24,000 bases of DNA, taken from Rhodospirillaceae bacterium. Lineage in GTDB: Bacteria > Pseudomonadota > Alphaproteobacteria > Rhodospirillales > JABHCV01. Shown here piece by piece: positions 15,336 through 23,619 of the stretch; position 1 is the stretch's first letter; every line of letters begins with the position of its first letter. Made by a program: the position numbers and the translations under genes. The notes under the pieces are model-generated. The model saw only the letters and a program-made list of their open reading frames with translations, was not told the origin of the DNA and made no database searches. The stretch covers positions 23,030-47,029 of the forward strand of contig JACNJU010000144.1 in assembly GCA_014382375.1 (NCBI GenBank). Direction: 5' to 3'.

Positions 15336-16328
15336 ATGAGCCAGCAATTGCCCGATACCATGACCTGTGTCGAGATCACCCCCGAAGGAGGCCTGAAAAC
15401 CGCCAGTCGCGCCCTGCCGCAGCCGGCCACCGGGGAAGTGCTGGTCGAAGTCGCCGCCGCCGGTATCAATCGCCCCGACGTCCTGCAACGCCAGGGCGGC
15501 TATCCACCACCACCGGGGGCATCGGACATTCCGGGCCTGGAAATCGCTGGCATCATTGTCGCCCTTGGCGATGGGGTGACGGAGCGGGCCATCGGTGATG
15601 ACGTTCTGGCGCTGGTCACAGGCGGCGGCTACGCCCAGTACTGCACAGCCCCCGCGCCGCAATGCCTTGATATCCCCGGAGACCTGGAAATGGACGCGGC
15701 AGCGGCCATACCGGAAACCTTTTTCACCGTCTGGTCGAACGTTTTTCAGCGCGCCGCCCTTAAACCCGGCGAAAGCTTGCTCGTTCACGGCGGTTCCAGC
15801 GGCATCGGCACCACCGCTATCCAGATCGCCTACGCTTTGGGTTCACCGGTTATCGCGACGGCCGGAAGCGAAGAGAAGTGCGGCGCCTGTGAAGTTCTCG
15901 GCGCTGACCTTGCGATCAACTATCGGGAGCAGGATTTCGTCGAGGCGGTCAAGGAATTCACCGATGGCCGCGGTGTTGATGTCATCCTCGACATGGTTGG
16001 CGGCGACTACGTGCAGCGCAACCTGAAGGCCCTGGCGACAGATGGACGGCTGGTCAATATCGCCTTCCTGAACGGCAGCAAGGTCGAGGTTGATCTGATG
16101 GCCATGATGTTAAAGCGCCTGACATTAAGCGGCTCGACCCTGCGCGCCCGTTCCGTCGAATTCAAGGCAGCCATTGCCGCCCAGTTAAAGGAACACGTCT
16201 GGCCGTTAATTGAAGACGGTAAGATCGAGCCCTTTATTCACGCCACATTTACCCTCGATGAAGCCGCCCAGGCCCACGCCTTGATGGAAAGCTCCGAACA
16301 TATTGGCAAAATCGTGCTGCTAACATGA
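15336..16328 (+). CDS. NAD(P)H:quinone oxidoreductase (MDR/zeta-crystallin, PIG3-like)
   Basis: 330 aa with GEVLVEVAAAGINRPD, PGLEIAG and the dinucleotide motif VHGGSSGIGTTAIQIA, ending in GKIVL. SD GGAGA lies 6 nt upstream. Confidence 0.9.
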   Translation: MSQQLPDTMTCVEITPEGGLKTASRALPQPATGEVLVEVAAAGINRPDVLQRQGGYPPPPGASDIPGLEIAGIIVALGDGVTERAIGDDVLALVTGGGYAQYCTAPAPQCLDIPGDLEMDAAAAIPETFFTVWSNVFQRAALKPGESLLVHGGSSGIGTTAIQIAYALGSPVIATAGSEEKCGACEVLGADLAINYREQDFVEAVKEFTDGRGVDVILDMVGGDYVQRNLKALATDGRLVNIAFLNGSKVEVDLMAMMLKRLTLSGSTLRARSVEFKAAIAAQLKEHVWPLIEDGKIEPFIHATFTLDEAAQAHALMESSEHIGKIVLLT

Positions 16329-16425
16329 ATTTGAAAGGTTTACGGGACCGGAAAAATACACTAAACGTTCTTCAAACACGTGCCTTACAGGCTCATTCCA
16401 GTCATCAACAATAGGAAAACAAGCG

Positions 16426-17154
16426 ATGACGCATCCGCTGATGCCAAAAGCCACTGCCGTGTGGCTGGTTGAAAACACCGCTCTTTCATTTGAGCAGATT
16501 GCCGATTTTTGTGGCCTGCATTCCCTTGAGGTTCAGGCCATCGCCGACGACGAAGTCGCCATCGGTATGCAGGGCCTTGACCCGATCACCGCAGGCGAGC
16601 TGACGATGGAAGAAATCGAGCGCTGCCAGGCCGATCCGGGAACCCGCCTTAACCCCGCCGAAAACCGGACCCCGGTGGCCAAGAAAAAAGGTGCCCGCTA
16701 TACCCCGGTGTCAAAACGCCAGGACCGCCCCGACGCCATCGCCTGGTTGATCAAGAATTACCCGGAAATGAGCGACGCTCAGATTTCAAAATTGATCGGC
16801 ACGACCAAGCCGACAATCAATTCGATCCGCGAGCGCAGCCACTGGAATATCGCCAACATCAAGGCGCAAAACCCGGTCGCCCTCGGCCTGTGTTCGGCTG
16901 AAAATCTGGAAAAATCCGTGGCCATCTCCAGGGCCCGCGCCGGGACAACCCACGCCCCGAACAGGGGACCAAAGGAAGATGGCCCGGCCCCGTCCATTCC
17001 GACCACACCTGCGCCCAAACCCGAGCCCGTACCAACTGCGGAAACCGTATTCGTCGAACAGCTACCGGCCCCGCAAGAAGAGACTCTGGCGATCGAGCAA
17101 AACACGGACAGTGATCCCATCGCCATGCCAGCCCCGGAAGAAGTGAAAGAGTAA
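16426..17154 (+). CDS. DUF1013 family protein (TrcR-like cell-cycle regulator family)
   Basis: 242 aa. The N-terminus MPKATAVWLVENTALSFEQIADFCGLH and the block RQDRPDAIAWLIKNYPEMSDAQISKLIGTTKPTINSIRERSHWN are typical of DUF1013. It has a Pro/Ala-rich acidic tail. Confidence 0.8.
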   Translation: MTHPLMPKATAVWLVENTALSFEQIADFCGLHSLEVQAIADDEVAIGMQGLDPITAGELTMEEIERCQADPGTRLNPAENRTPVAKKKGARYTPVSKRQDRPDAIAWLIKNYPEMSDAQISKLIGTTKPTINSIRERSHWNIANIKAQNPVALGLCSAENLEKSVAISRARAGTTHAPNRGPKEDGPAPSIPTTPAPKPEPVPTAETVFVEQLPAPQEETLAIEQNTDSDPIAMPAPEEVKE

Positions 17155-17180
17155 GTTTAGGATTCAAGGTTCACGCCCCT

Positions 17181-17397
17181 CATTCTAAATTGCCCCTCAA
17201 GCGCCGGGCGGGGTCTCCGACCCCTTGGCTCGCCGCATAAGCGGCGGCCCGCAGTCGCGGGCTTAAGAAGAAAGTGTTTGAACCAAGTTTCGCGACAATT
17301 GGATATCGCTCCCGTCACCATTTGAAACTTGACTTCCAGAGGCCCAGCCAAGCGAACGGAGTGAGCGCCCGGCGCTTGCGGGGCAATAACTTAAATG
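17181..17397. repeat. Second, unrelated palindromic mosaic element (~217 bp) between convergent genes
   Basis: The arm core ATTGCCCCTCAAGCGCCGGGCG (17189-17210) matches the reverse complement of 17366-17387 at 21/22. Further arm matches are CTCCG/CGGAG and CTTGGCT/AGCCAAG. Three small GC hairpins lie at 17210-17224, 17232-17245 and 17247-17262. Confidence 0.5.
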
Positions 17398-17405
17398 GGT
17401 TGCCG

Positions 17406-18182
17406 TCACTCTTCCACCGGCACCGTATAGCCCAGCGCCAGTCTGCCGCCATCGGCATAGATGGTTTGGCCTGTGATGTAGCTTGACTCGTCACTGGCCA
17501 GAAAGACCGCGACGGAGGCCATTTCTTCTGGCTCTCCGCACCGTCCCATGGGTGTGCGTGACAGGATCATCTTACGCGCCGCCTCGTCAGCCATCACCTT
17601 TTTGGCCATGTCTGTCAGGATCGTGCCCGGTCCGATAGCATTGACCCTGATCCCCTTGTCGGCCAGTGACAAAGCCATCACCTTGGTCAGCTGGTTCACG
17701 CCACCCTTACAAATAACGTATGGAGACGCCTTGGGGATGGCGGTAACGGCGTTGATTGAGGACATGTTGATCACGACACCGCCCTTGCCCATCGCCACCA
17801 TATGACGCGCTGCCGCCTGACCGGTCAGGAAAAACCCCTTCAGATTGATCGATAACGTCATGTCCAGTTCGTCCTCGGTGATGTCGAGGAAATCTCCGGT
17901 AAACAGAACCGCCGCGTTGGACAACATGATATCAAGGCCGCCGAACGTCTCTACGGTGTCCGCAATCAGATTATCGACCTGGGTTTTGTCAGAAACATCG
18001 CAGTGCAGGTAATGAGCTTGTCCGCCTGTTTCCCTGATGCTTGCCGCAGCGGCTTCCCCCAGATCATCGTTGATATCCGAGATCATAACCCGCGCCCCTT
18101 CACGGGCGAAGGCCTGGGCACAGGCCAGGCCGATGCCCCCGGCTGAACCTGTGATGATCGCGGTTTTATTTTCGAGACGCAT
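17406..18182 (-). CDS. SDR family oxidoreductase
   Basis: 258 aa with TGSAGGIGLA (TGxxxGxG), NAA, and the catalytic S...YxxxK (SPYVICKGG). Confidence 0.9.
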   Translation of the reverse strand: MRLENKTAIITGSAGGIGLACAQAFAREGARVMISDINDDLGEAAAASIRETGGQAHYLHCDVSDKTQVDNLIADTVETFGGLDIMLSNAAVLFTGDFLDITEDELDMTLSINLKGFFLTGQAAARHMVAMGKGGVVINMSSINAVTAIPKASPYVICKGGVNQLTKVMALSLADKGIRVNAIGPGTILTDMAKKVMADEAARKMILSRTPMGRCGEPEEMASVAVFLASDESSYITGQTIYADGGRLALGYTVPVEE

Positions 18183-18193
18183 TTTTTAATTCC

Positions 18194-20104
18194 TTATTTT
18201 CTCGCTCTTGCCAGACCGATTCTTTCCAAAGCCGTTTCAATCTCATCCAGAATGGCCGGGTCATCAATGGTCGCAGGCATTTTGTAATCTTCGTTGTCGG
18301 CGATTTTCTGGATGGTGCCGCGCAGAATTTTACCGGAGCGGGTTTTCGGTAATCGCTGGATAACGGCGGCCAGTTTAAAAGCGGCGACCGGGCCGATTTT
18401 CTCACGCACCATGGCGACAACTTCTTTGACAATGTCGGCGTCATTGCGCTCAACACCCGATTTCAACACCAGAAAGCCTACCGGCAACTGGCCTTTTAGA
18501 TCATCGGCAACGCCCAGCACGGCGCATTCGGCGACGTCCGGGTGGGACGCCAGCACTTCTTCCATGCCGCCTGTCGACAGCCTGTGACCGGCGACATTGA
18601 TGATGTCGTCGGTACGGGCCATGATGTACAGGTAGCCTTCCTCATCGATATAACCTGCGTCAGCAGTTTTGTAGAAGCCGGGGTATTCCTCCAGGTACGC
18701 CTGCTTGTAGCGCTCATCGGCATTCCACAAGGTCGGCAAGGTGCCCGGCGGCAGTGGCAGTTTGCAACAAATCGCCCCAATATCACCGGTCGCAACCGGA
18801 TTACAGTCATCATCAAGAACCTGCACGTCCCAGCCCGGCACGGCCTTGGTTGGCGAGCCCGGTTTGACCGGGAATTGCGTCAGCCCCATGCAGTTTGATG
18901 CAATGGCCCAGCCGGTTTCGGTTTGCCACCAGTGATCAATAACCGGCACGCCCAAATGATCCTCGGCCCAGTGCAGGGTATCGGGGTCTGTGCGCTCACC
19001 TGCCAGGAACAGGGTCTCGAAGGCCGACAGGTCGTATTTTTTAAGTAATTCGGCGTTTGGATCGTCACGCTTGATGGCGCGGAACGCCGTCGGCGCGGTG
19101 AACATGGCCCTGACCTTGTGCTCGGAAATGACTCGCCAGAAGGCTCCGGGATCGGGTGTGCCGACAGGTTTTCCCTCATACAAAATCGTCGTGCAACCAT
19201 TAAGCAGTGGCGCGTAGACGATATAGGAATGACCAACGACCCAGCCAACGTCAGAGGCAGACCAGAAGACATCACCGGGCTCCATCCCGTAAACCGCCTT
19301 CATGGTCCAGTTCAGGGCGACCGCGTGACCGCCGTTGTCGCGGACCACGCCCTTGGGCTCACCGGTGGTGCCTGATGTATAGAGAATATACAATGGATCG
19401 GTGGCGGCGACGGGGACGCAGTCATGGGGGGTGGCGGTTTTCATCGCCTCGGCCCAGTCGATGTCGCGCCCTTCCTGCAAGCTCCCATCGGCCTCGGGCC
19501 GTTTCAAAATGATACAGGCATCCGGCTTGTGGCTGGCAAGGTCGATGGCTTCGTTGAGCAGCGGCAAGTATTCGATGACCCGGTTAATTTCGATACCACA
19601 GGTGGCGCTGACGATGGCAGTCGGTTTGGCATCATCAATTCGGACCGCCAATTCGTTAGCGGCAAAGCCACCGAAAACAACGGAATGAATAGCGCCCAGG
19701 CGGGCACAGGCAAGCATGGCGATGGCCGCTTCGGGGACCATCGGCATATAGATAATGACCCGGTCACCCTTGGCCACCCCGGCAGCAGCCAGGACACCAG
19801 CGAATGTCGCAACCTCGTCCAGCAGTTGGGAATAACTGTAGGTTTTGACTGTACCGCCACCGGTGACAGGACTGTCATAAATCAATGCCGCCTGATCGCC
19901 GCGGCCACCTTCCACATGACGGTCGAGCGCGTTGTAACAGGTATTAAGTTCACCGCCCGTAAACCAGCGGTAAAACGGCGCGCCGGAACTATCGAGAACC
20001 TTGTCCCATTTTTTGCTCCAGGAAATACCTTCGGCAACTTCGCCCCAAAATCCCTCGGGATCATTAAGTGAACGGCTATGAGTTTCTGAGTACAGGTCTG
20101 TCAT
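18194..20104 (-). CDS. prpE: Propionate--CoA ligase / acyl-CoA synthetase (PrpE-like)
   Basis: 636 aa with AMP-binding motif YTSGTTGEPKG and a PrpE-like N-terminus (SLNDPEGFWGE...FYRWFTGGELNTCYNALDRH). It ends 11 nt before the SDR start. Confidence 0.8.
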   Translation of the reverse strand: MTDLYSETHSRSLNDPEGFWGEVAEGISWSKKWDKVLDSSGAPFYRWFTGGELNTCYNALDRHVEGGRGDQAALIYDSPVTGGGTVKTYSYSQLLDEVATFAGVLAAAGVAKGDRVIIYMPMVPEAAIAMLACARLGAIHSVVFGGFAANELAVRIDDAKPTAIVSATCGIEINRVIEYLPLLNEAIDLASHKPDACIILKRPEADGSLQEGRDIDWAEAMKTATPHDCVPVAATDPLYILYTSGTTGEPKGVVRDNGGHAVALNWTMKAVYGMEPGDVFWSASDVGWVVGHSYIVYAPLLNGCTTILYEGKPVGTPDPGAFWRVISEHKVRAMFTAPTAFRAIKRDDPNAELLKKYDLSAFETLFLAGERTDPDTLHWAEDHLGVPVIDHWWQTETGWAIASNCMGLTQFPVKPGSPTKAVPGWDVQVLDDDCNPVATGDIGAICCKLPLPPGTLPTLWNADERYKQAYLEEYPGFYKTADAGYIDEEGYLYIMARTDDIINVAGHRLSTGGMEEVLASHPDVAECAVLGVADDLKGQLPVGFLVLKSGVERNDADIVKEVVAMVREKIGPVAAFKLAAVIQRLPKTRSGKILRGTIQKIADNEDYKMPATIDDPAILDEIETALERIGLARARK

Positions 20105-20108
20105 ATCA

Positions 20109-20134
20109 CTCCCCTGATGGCTTGATCAGGGGAG
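20109..20134 (-). promoter_or_regulatory. Perfect 10-bp hairpin that includes the prpE Shine-Dalgarno sequence
   Basis: CTCCCCTGAT (20109-20118), loop GGCTTG, ATCAGGGGAG (20125-20134). On the minus strand the 3' arm carries GGGGAG 4 nt upstream of the prpE ATG (20104). Confidence 0.4.
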
Positions 20135-20162
20135 ATTGTGAGGCAATTCACGCCGATATGCA

Positions 20163-21011
20163 CTAGAAATTCAGGGCACCGAGATCGAGTTTTCCACCCA
20201 GCACCGGCGGACACCAGAAATAGCTGCCGGAAATCGGTTTGCTAAACCGGAACAAGCCGTCAATGATCCGATCTTCCTGGCCGGTCATCCGGGCAAGTTG
20301 CGCCTCAAAGGCGGCAAAGGAGCTGCCGAAAGCGACAAACATCAATCCCTCTCCTGTGGCATCGGACCAGGGCATCGAACGACGAACAAGAAAAGCCTCT
20401 GGATCAAAGGTTTCCTGCGCCGTTCGTTTGACGTGGGCCGAAAGGGGTGCGTCATCAAGTTCTTCATTATCACTCAATCGGCGACCGATAATGTTGTCAC
20501 AATCGTCCTGGGACAGGGTCTCGAAATAATCCAGATCATGGACCCATTGCTGGACCGCAACAAAACTGGAGCCATCGTTGATCGCCGCGTCCACGGCCGC
20601 CTCACCGACAGGATTTTCGGTGCCATCCTCATAACCACTGAGGTCGCGGCCGCTGTCATATTTAAACCCGTTTATCAGGCGAACGCGGTGAAAGGCGGAG
20701 GCAAGATGCCGGTTGAGGGAACGGCTCTGACGAACAATAGGGTCGCACTCGCTGCCCCTGATCCAACACCATAGATCAGCTTGCGTCGAAGGAACGTCAC
20801 AGCCCTGCCCACTGACAGGAGGGAAAGGCCGAAGCGCTTCAAGCGAACCAGCCAGCGAAGGACCTATTCCGACAACGATATCAGCGTCAATCTCTACCCC
20901 GGCAAGCACATCAAGTGCAGCCGCAGGCTCGACATCGGCAAGCAGGTCGAATTCCAGATAACGAGAGAAATTCGGAACGGGTTCAAGAATTCCCGTCTGT
21001 GGTATGTTCAT
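20163..21011 (-). CDS. Dyp-type peroxidase
   Basis: 282 aa starting from the ATG at 21011 (MNIPQTGILEP...), with SD GGAGG ~8 nt upstream. It has the Dyp GXXDG motif (SGYEDGTENP) and the C-terminus MFVAFGSS...FSKPISGSYFWCPP. The 518-aa track ORF extends spuriously into rhlE out of frame. Confidence 0.85.
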   Translation of the reverse strand: MNIPQTGILEPVPNFSRYLEFDLLADVEPAAALDVLAGVEIDADIVVGIGPSLAGSLEALRPFPPVSGQGCDVPSTQADLWCWIRGSECDPIVRQSRSLNRHLASAFHRVRLINGFKYDSGRDLSGYEDGTENPVGEAAVDAAINDGSSFVAVQQWVHDLDYFETLSQDDCDNIIGRRLSDNEELDDAPLSAHVKRTAQETFDPEAFLVRRSMPWSDATGEGLMFVAFGSSFAAFEAQLARMTGQEDRIIDGLFRFSKPISGSYFWCPPVLGGKLDLGALNF

Positions 21012-21063
21012 TGCAAAGCCTCCACCCTGTCCTGCAACGAATATCATAGTTTCGCAATGCAGG

Positions 21064-22314
21064 CTATGCAGCCCTTTTTGTCGAGTTTCCTGAACGACCG
21101 CGGTGACGGCGTCGCGGGCCAGAACTGTTCCTGCGCTGTTGGGGACGCTTGGCCGGCCTGGTGTCGTTGGCGATCTCGGCAGCGTGGAATGAATGATCCT
21201 CGAAAACCGGTACGCTCTGGCGAATGATTTTTTCGATATCACGCAGGTAGCCGCGTTCCTCGACATCACAAAACGAAATTGCAATACCCGACGCCCCGGC
21301 ACGCGCTGTGCGGCCAATGCGATGGACGTAACTTTCAGGCTCGTTGGGAAGGTCGAAGTTGATAACATGGGTGACGCCGTCAACATCAATACCACGGGCC
21401 GCGATGTCGGTAGCCACCAGGGCCCGGATTTTACCCGAACGGAAGCTGTTAAGCGCCCGCTGGCGGGCGTTCTGGGTCTTGTTGCCGTGAATGGCGTCGG
21501 ATTGAATACCGTTTTGATGCAGGTGCCTTGAGACACGGTCGGCACCGTGTTTGGTGCGGGTGAAAATAAGCACCCGGGAAATATCCCTGTCGTCCAGCAA
21601 TTCGCCAAGCAAGGCGCGTTTATTGTCTTTTCGAACAAACAGTACCCGTTGCTCGATTTTCTCGACAGTGGTCGCCGCCGGGGCAACCTCAACCCTAATC
21701 GGGTCACGAAGCAGGCCATCGGCCAGCCCCTGAATCGTTCCCGGCATGGTCGCCGAGAACATCACTGTCTGACGTTTGTTCGGCAGGGCGGCGGTGATTT
21801 TCTTAACATCGGGGATAAAGCCCATGTCGAGCATACGATCAGCCTCATCAAGGATAAAGATTTCCACATCATCAAGATAAAGGTGTCGCTGGTTCATCAG
21901 ATCGATTAGCCGACCCGGTGTCGCGACCAGGATATGGACGCCCTGGGCCAGAGTCTTGATTTGCGGACGAATGGAAGCACCGCCGTAAACCACGGTCGAG
22001 CGCAAATGCATATGACGTCCGTAAGCCCGGATGCTGTCATTGATCTGACCGGCAAGTTCGCGGGTCGGGGCCAATATCAAGGCACGCGGTTTGCGGCTTT
22101 GCGGACGGGTGCCATTTGATGCCAGACGATTTAGCAGCGGCAACGCGAAGGATGCCGTCTTGCCGGTACCGGTCTGGGCGACGCCCAACAGGTCGTGCCC
22201 TTCAAGCAGTGCCGGAATCGACTTTTGCTGGATCGGCGTCGGGGTGGAATAGCCTTCATCGGCAATAGCGCGAAGGATGGGTTGGGCTAAATCAAAGCCC
22301 GTAAAATCAGTCAT
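21064..22314 (-). CDS. rhlE: DEAD-box ATP-dependent RNA helicase (RhlE-like)
   Basis: 416 aa with motifs AQTGTGKT, PTRELA, DEAD, SAT and HRIGRTARAG, plus a basic C-terminal tail RRNSSGPRRRHRGRSG. Confidence 0.9.
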   Translation of the reverse strand: MTDFTGFDLAQPILRAIADEGYSTPTPIQQKSIPALLEGHDLLGVAQTGTGKTASFALPLLNRLASNGTRPQSRKPRALILAPTRELAGQINDSIRAYGRHMHLRSTVVYGGASIRPQIKTLAQGVHILVATPGRLIDLMNQRHLYLDDVEIFILDEADRMLDMGFIPDVKKITAALPNKRQTVMFSATMPGTIQGLADGLLRDPIRVEVAPAATTVEKIEQRVLFVRKDNKRALLGELLDDRDISRVLIFTRTKHGADRVSRHLHQNGIQSDAIHGNKTQNARQRALNSFRSGKIRALVATDIAARGIDVDGVTHVINFDLPNEPESYVHRIGRTARAGASGIAISFCDVEERGYLRDIEKIIRQSVPVFEDHSFHAAEIANDTRPAKRPQQRRNSSGPRRRHRGRSGNSTKRAA

Positions 22315-22584
22315 AAAATTTTCTTTCTTAAATCAATAACAAGTAACCCGCCGCCTCCCTAAATCGGGACGGTGGGTGCGCAAGCATTATGCAAGCATGA
22401 CGAACACGACGTGTTCAAAGCTGATGCAATGACAGAGGTCTGCCTAACGAAACGCCCACTTGAGATATCTAAAAGAAACTTGAGCCAACTTGTAATTTTA
22501 AAGTCGGCGAGGATCGAAATTCGATCTGGAAAGGAGTGTCGCTGGACCGGATATGCCTACCGGTGGCGACAAAGTCAAGACAAT

Positions 22585-23139
22585 TCAGCCATTTAAAAGG
22601 GCTTCGACTTCCTCTTGAGACAGTTCAGCATCCTCGCCACCGCCTCCTTCGGCGGCTTTGCGACGCTCACCGCCCATATAGGCCGGGTTGTTGCGACGAC
22701 GCCGATCAGGGCCAAAATAAACACCGGCACGAACAAACGGACGCGGACGTTCGATGATGGAGCGAATGCGGGAATAAAGCCCCTTGACGGAAATCGGTTT
22801 GGCCAGAAATTCATGGACACCGGCGTCGCGGGCTTCAACAACGCGGTTCATTTCGGTATGACCCGTCAGCATGATGATGGGAACAAAAGGATTGGGGCTG
22901 TCACTTGCGGTGCGCACCATTTTTGTAAAATCGATGCCGTCCAGCGGTTCCATGTTCCAGTCACAAATAATGATGTCGGCGTTATAGTGACGCAGTTCCT
23001 TGAACGCATCGGCGCCATCAGCCGCATCGACAACGTTTTTAACGCCAAGCGCATTCAGGATGCCCTTGACCAGCGCGCACATGTGGCTGTTGTCATCAAC
23101 AACCAGGAAATTCAACCGCTCAAGATTATATTCGTCCAT
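22585..23139 (-). CDS. Single-domain CheY-like response regulator with an Arg-rich C-terminal extension
   Basis: 184 aa. Receiver residues are present: VVDDN, ICDWNMEPLDG (phospho-acceptor Asp), MLTGH, AKP. It continues with a ~55-aa tail: FGPDRRRRNNPAYMGGERRKAAEGGGGEDAELSQEEVEALL. Confidence 0.9.
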   Translation of the reverse strand: MDEYNLERLNFLVVDDNSHMCALVKGILNALGVKNVVDAADGADAFKELRHYNADIIICDWNMEPLDGIDFTKMVRTASDSPNPFVPIIMLTGHTEMNRVVEARDAGVHEFLAKPISVKGLYSRIRSIIERPRPFVRAGVYFGPDRRRRNNPAYMGGERRKAAEGGGGEDAELSQEEVEALLNG

Positions 23140-23298
23140 CTAGCAGATCCTGAGTTTTTCCATCTTCTTATTCTAACCGTCAGCGCCAAACTAAAGGACA
23201 TTCAACTGCAAGACCAACACTGTTTCACCCCGCTAGACGCTTGCGGGGGGAAAACCTTTCATCCCGGTACCTATGGTGCCCTTTTGAGCATTGCCACG

Positions 23299-23547
23299 TC
23301 AATGCAGACGCGCACCGACGATGAATGCCTGAATGCTTTCATCACCGAGCGCCTTGTGCGCTTCCAGGCGGTGGATACCCTTGACGAGGACGTAGCGGCC
23401 CTTGCCCTGACGCACCTGAATGGGGTTTTCCTCGACCTCTTCCATGATCGTTTCGGCAACCTGATCAAGTTTTGACGCATCCAGTTCCTTGCGGCGCTCG
23501 GCGGGCACGTACACATCTTCGATTTTTATAGAAACAGCCTTAAGCAA
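23299..23547 (-). CDS. Small ParB/Sulfiredoxin N-terminal-domain protein (82 aa)
   Basis: PIQVRQGKGRYVLVKGIHRLEAHKALG resembles the ParB-N core (xDGhHRleAak.lG). It has a TTG start at 23547 with a G-rich SD 4 nt upstream and no in-frame ATG near the N-terminus. Confidence 0.6.
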   Translation of the reverse strand: MLKAVSIKIEDVYVPAERRKELDASKLDQVAETIMEEVEENPIQVRQGKGRYVLVKGIHRLEAHKALGDESIQAFIVGARLH

Positions 23548-23619
23548 AACGCCCCCTGGTACTTTTCAATGAATCAACCACAGTATACTTTTAATATCAC
23601 CCTTAAGGAGCCTGTTTAA

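Noticed and set aside
19424-20071. 215-aa plus-strand ORF and other ORFs of about 60-130 aa inside prpE
   Set aside because: They are shadow ORFs antisense or out of frame to a 636-aa acyl-CoA synthetase with an intact AMP-binding motif.
20163-21719. 518-aa ORF in the track
   Set aside because: Only the C-terminal 282 aa (from the ATG at 21011, with a GGAGG SD) look like a real protein, a Dyp peroxidase. The N-terminal part runs out of frame through the 3' end of the motif-rich DEAD-box helicase gene and has an Arg/Pro/Ser-rich nonsense composition.
22372-22596. 74-aa plus-strand ORF in the rhlE upstream region
   Set aside because: It has a GTG start without an SD, overlaps the response-regulator 3' end, and has non-coding-like composition. 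I treat the region as leader or terminator RNA.
22615-23475. 286-aa plus-strand ORF
   Set aside because: It is antisense to the response regulator and the ParB-N gene and spans their intergenic gap. It has no recognisable motifs, whereas the minus-strand products have clear receiver and ParB-N signatures.
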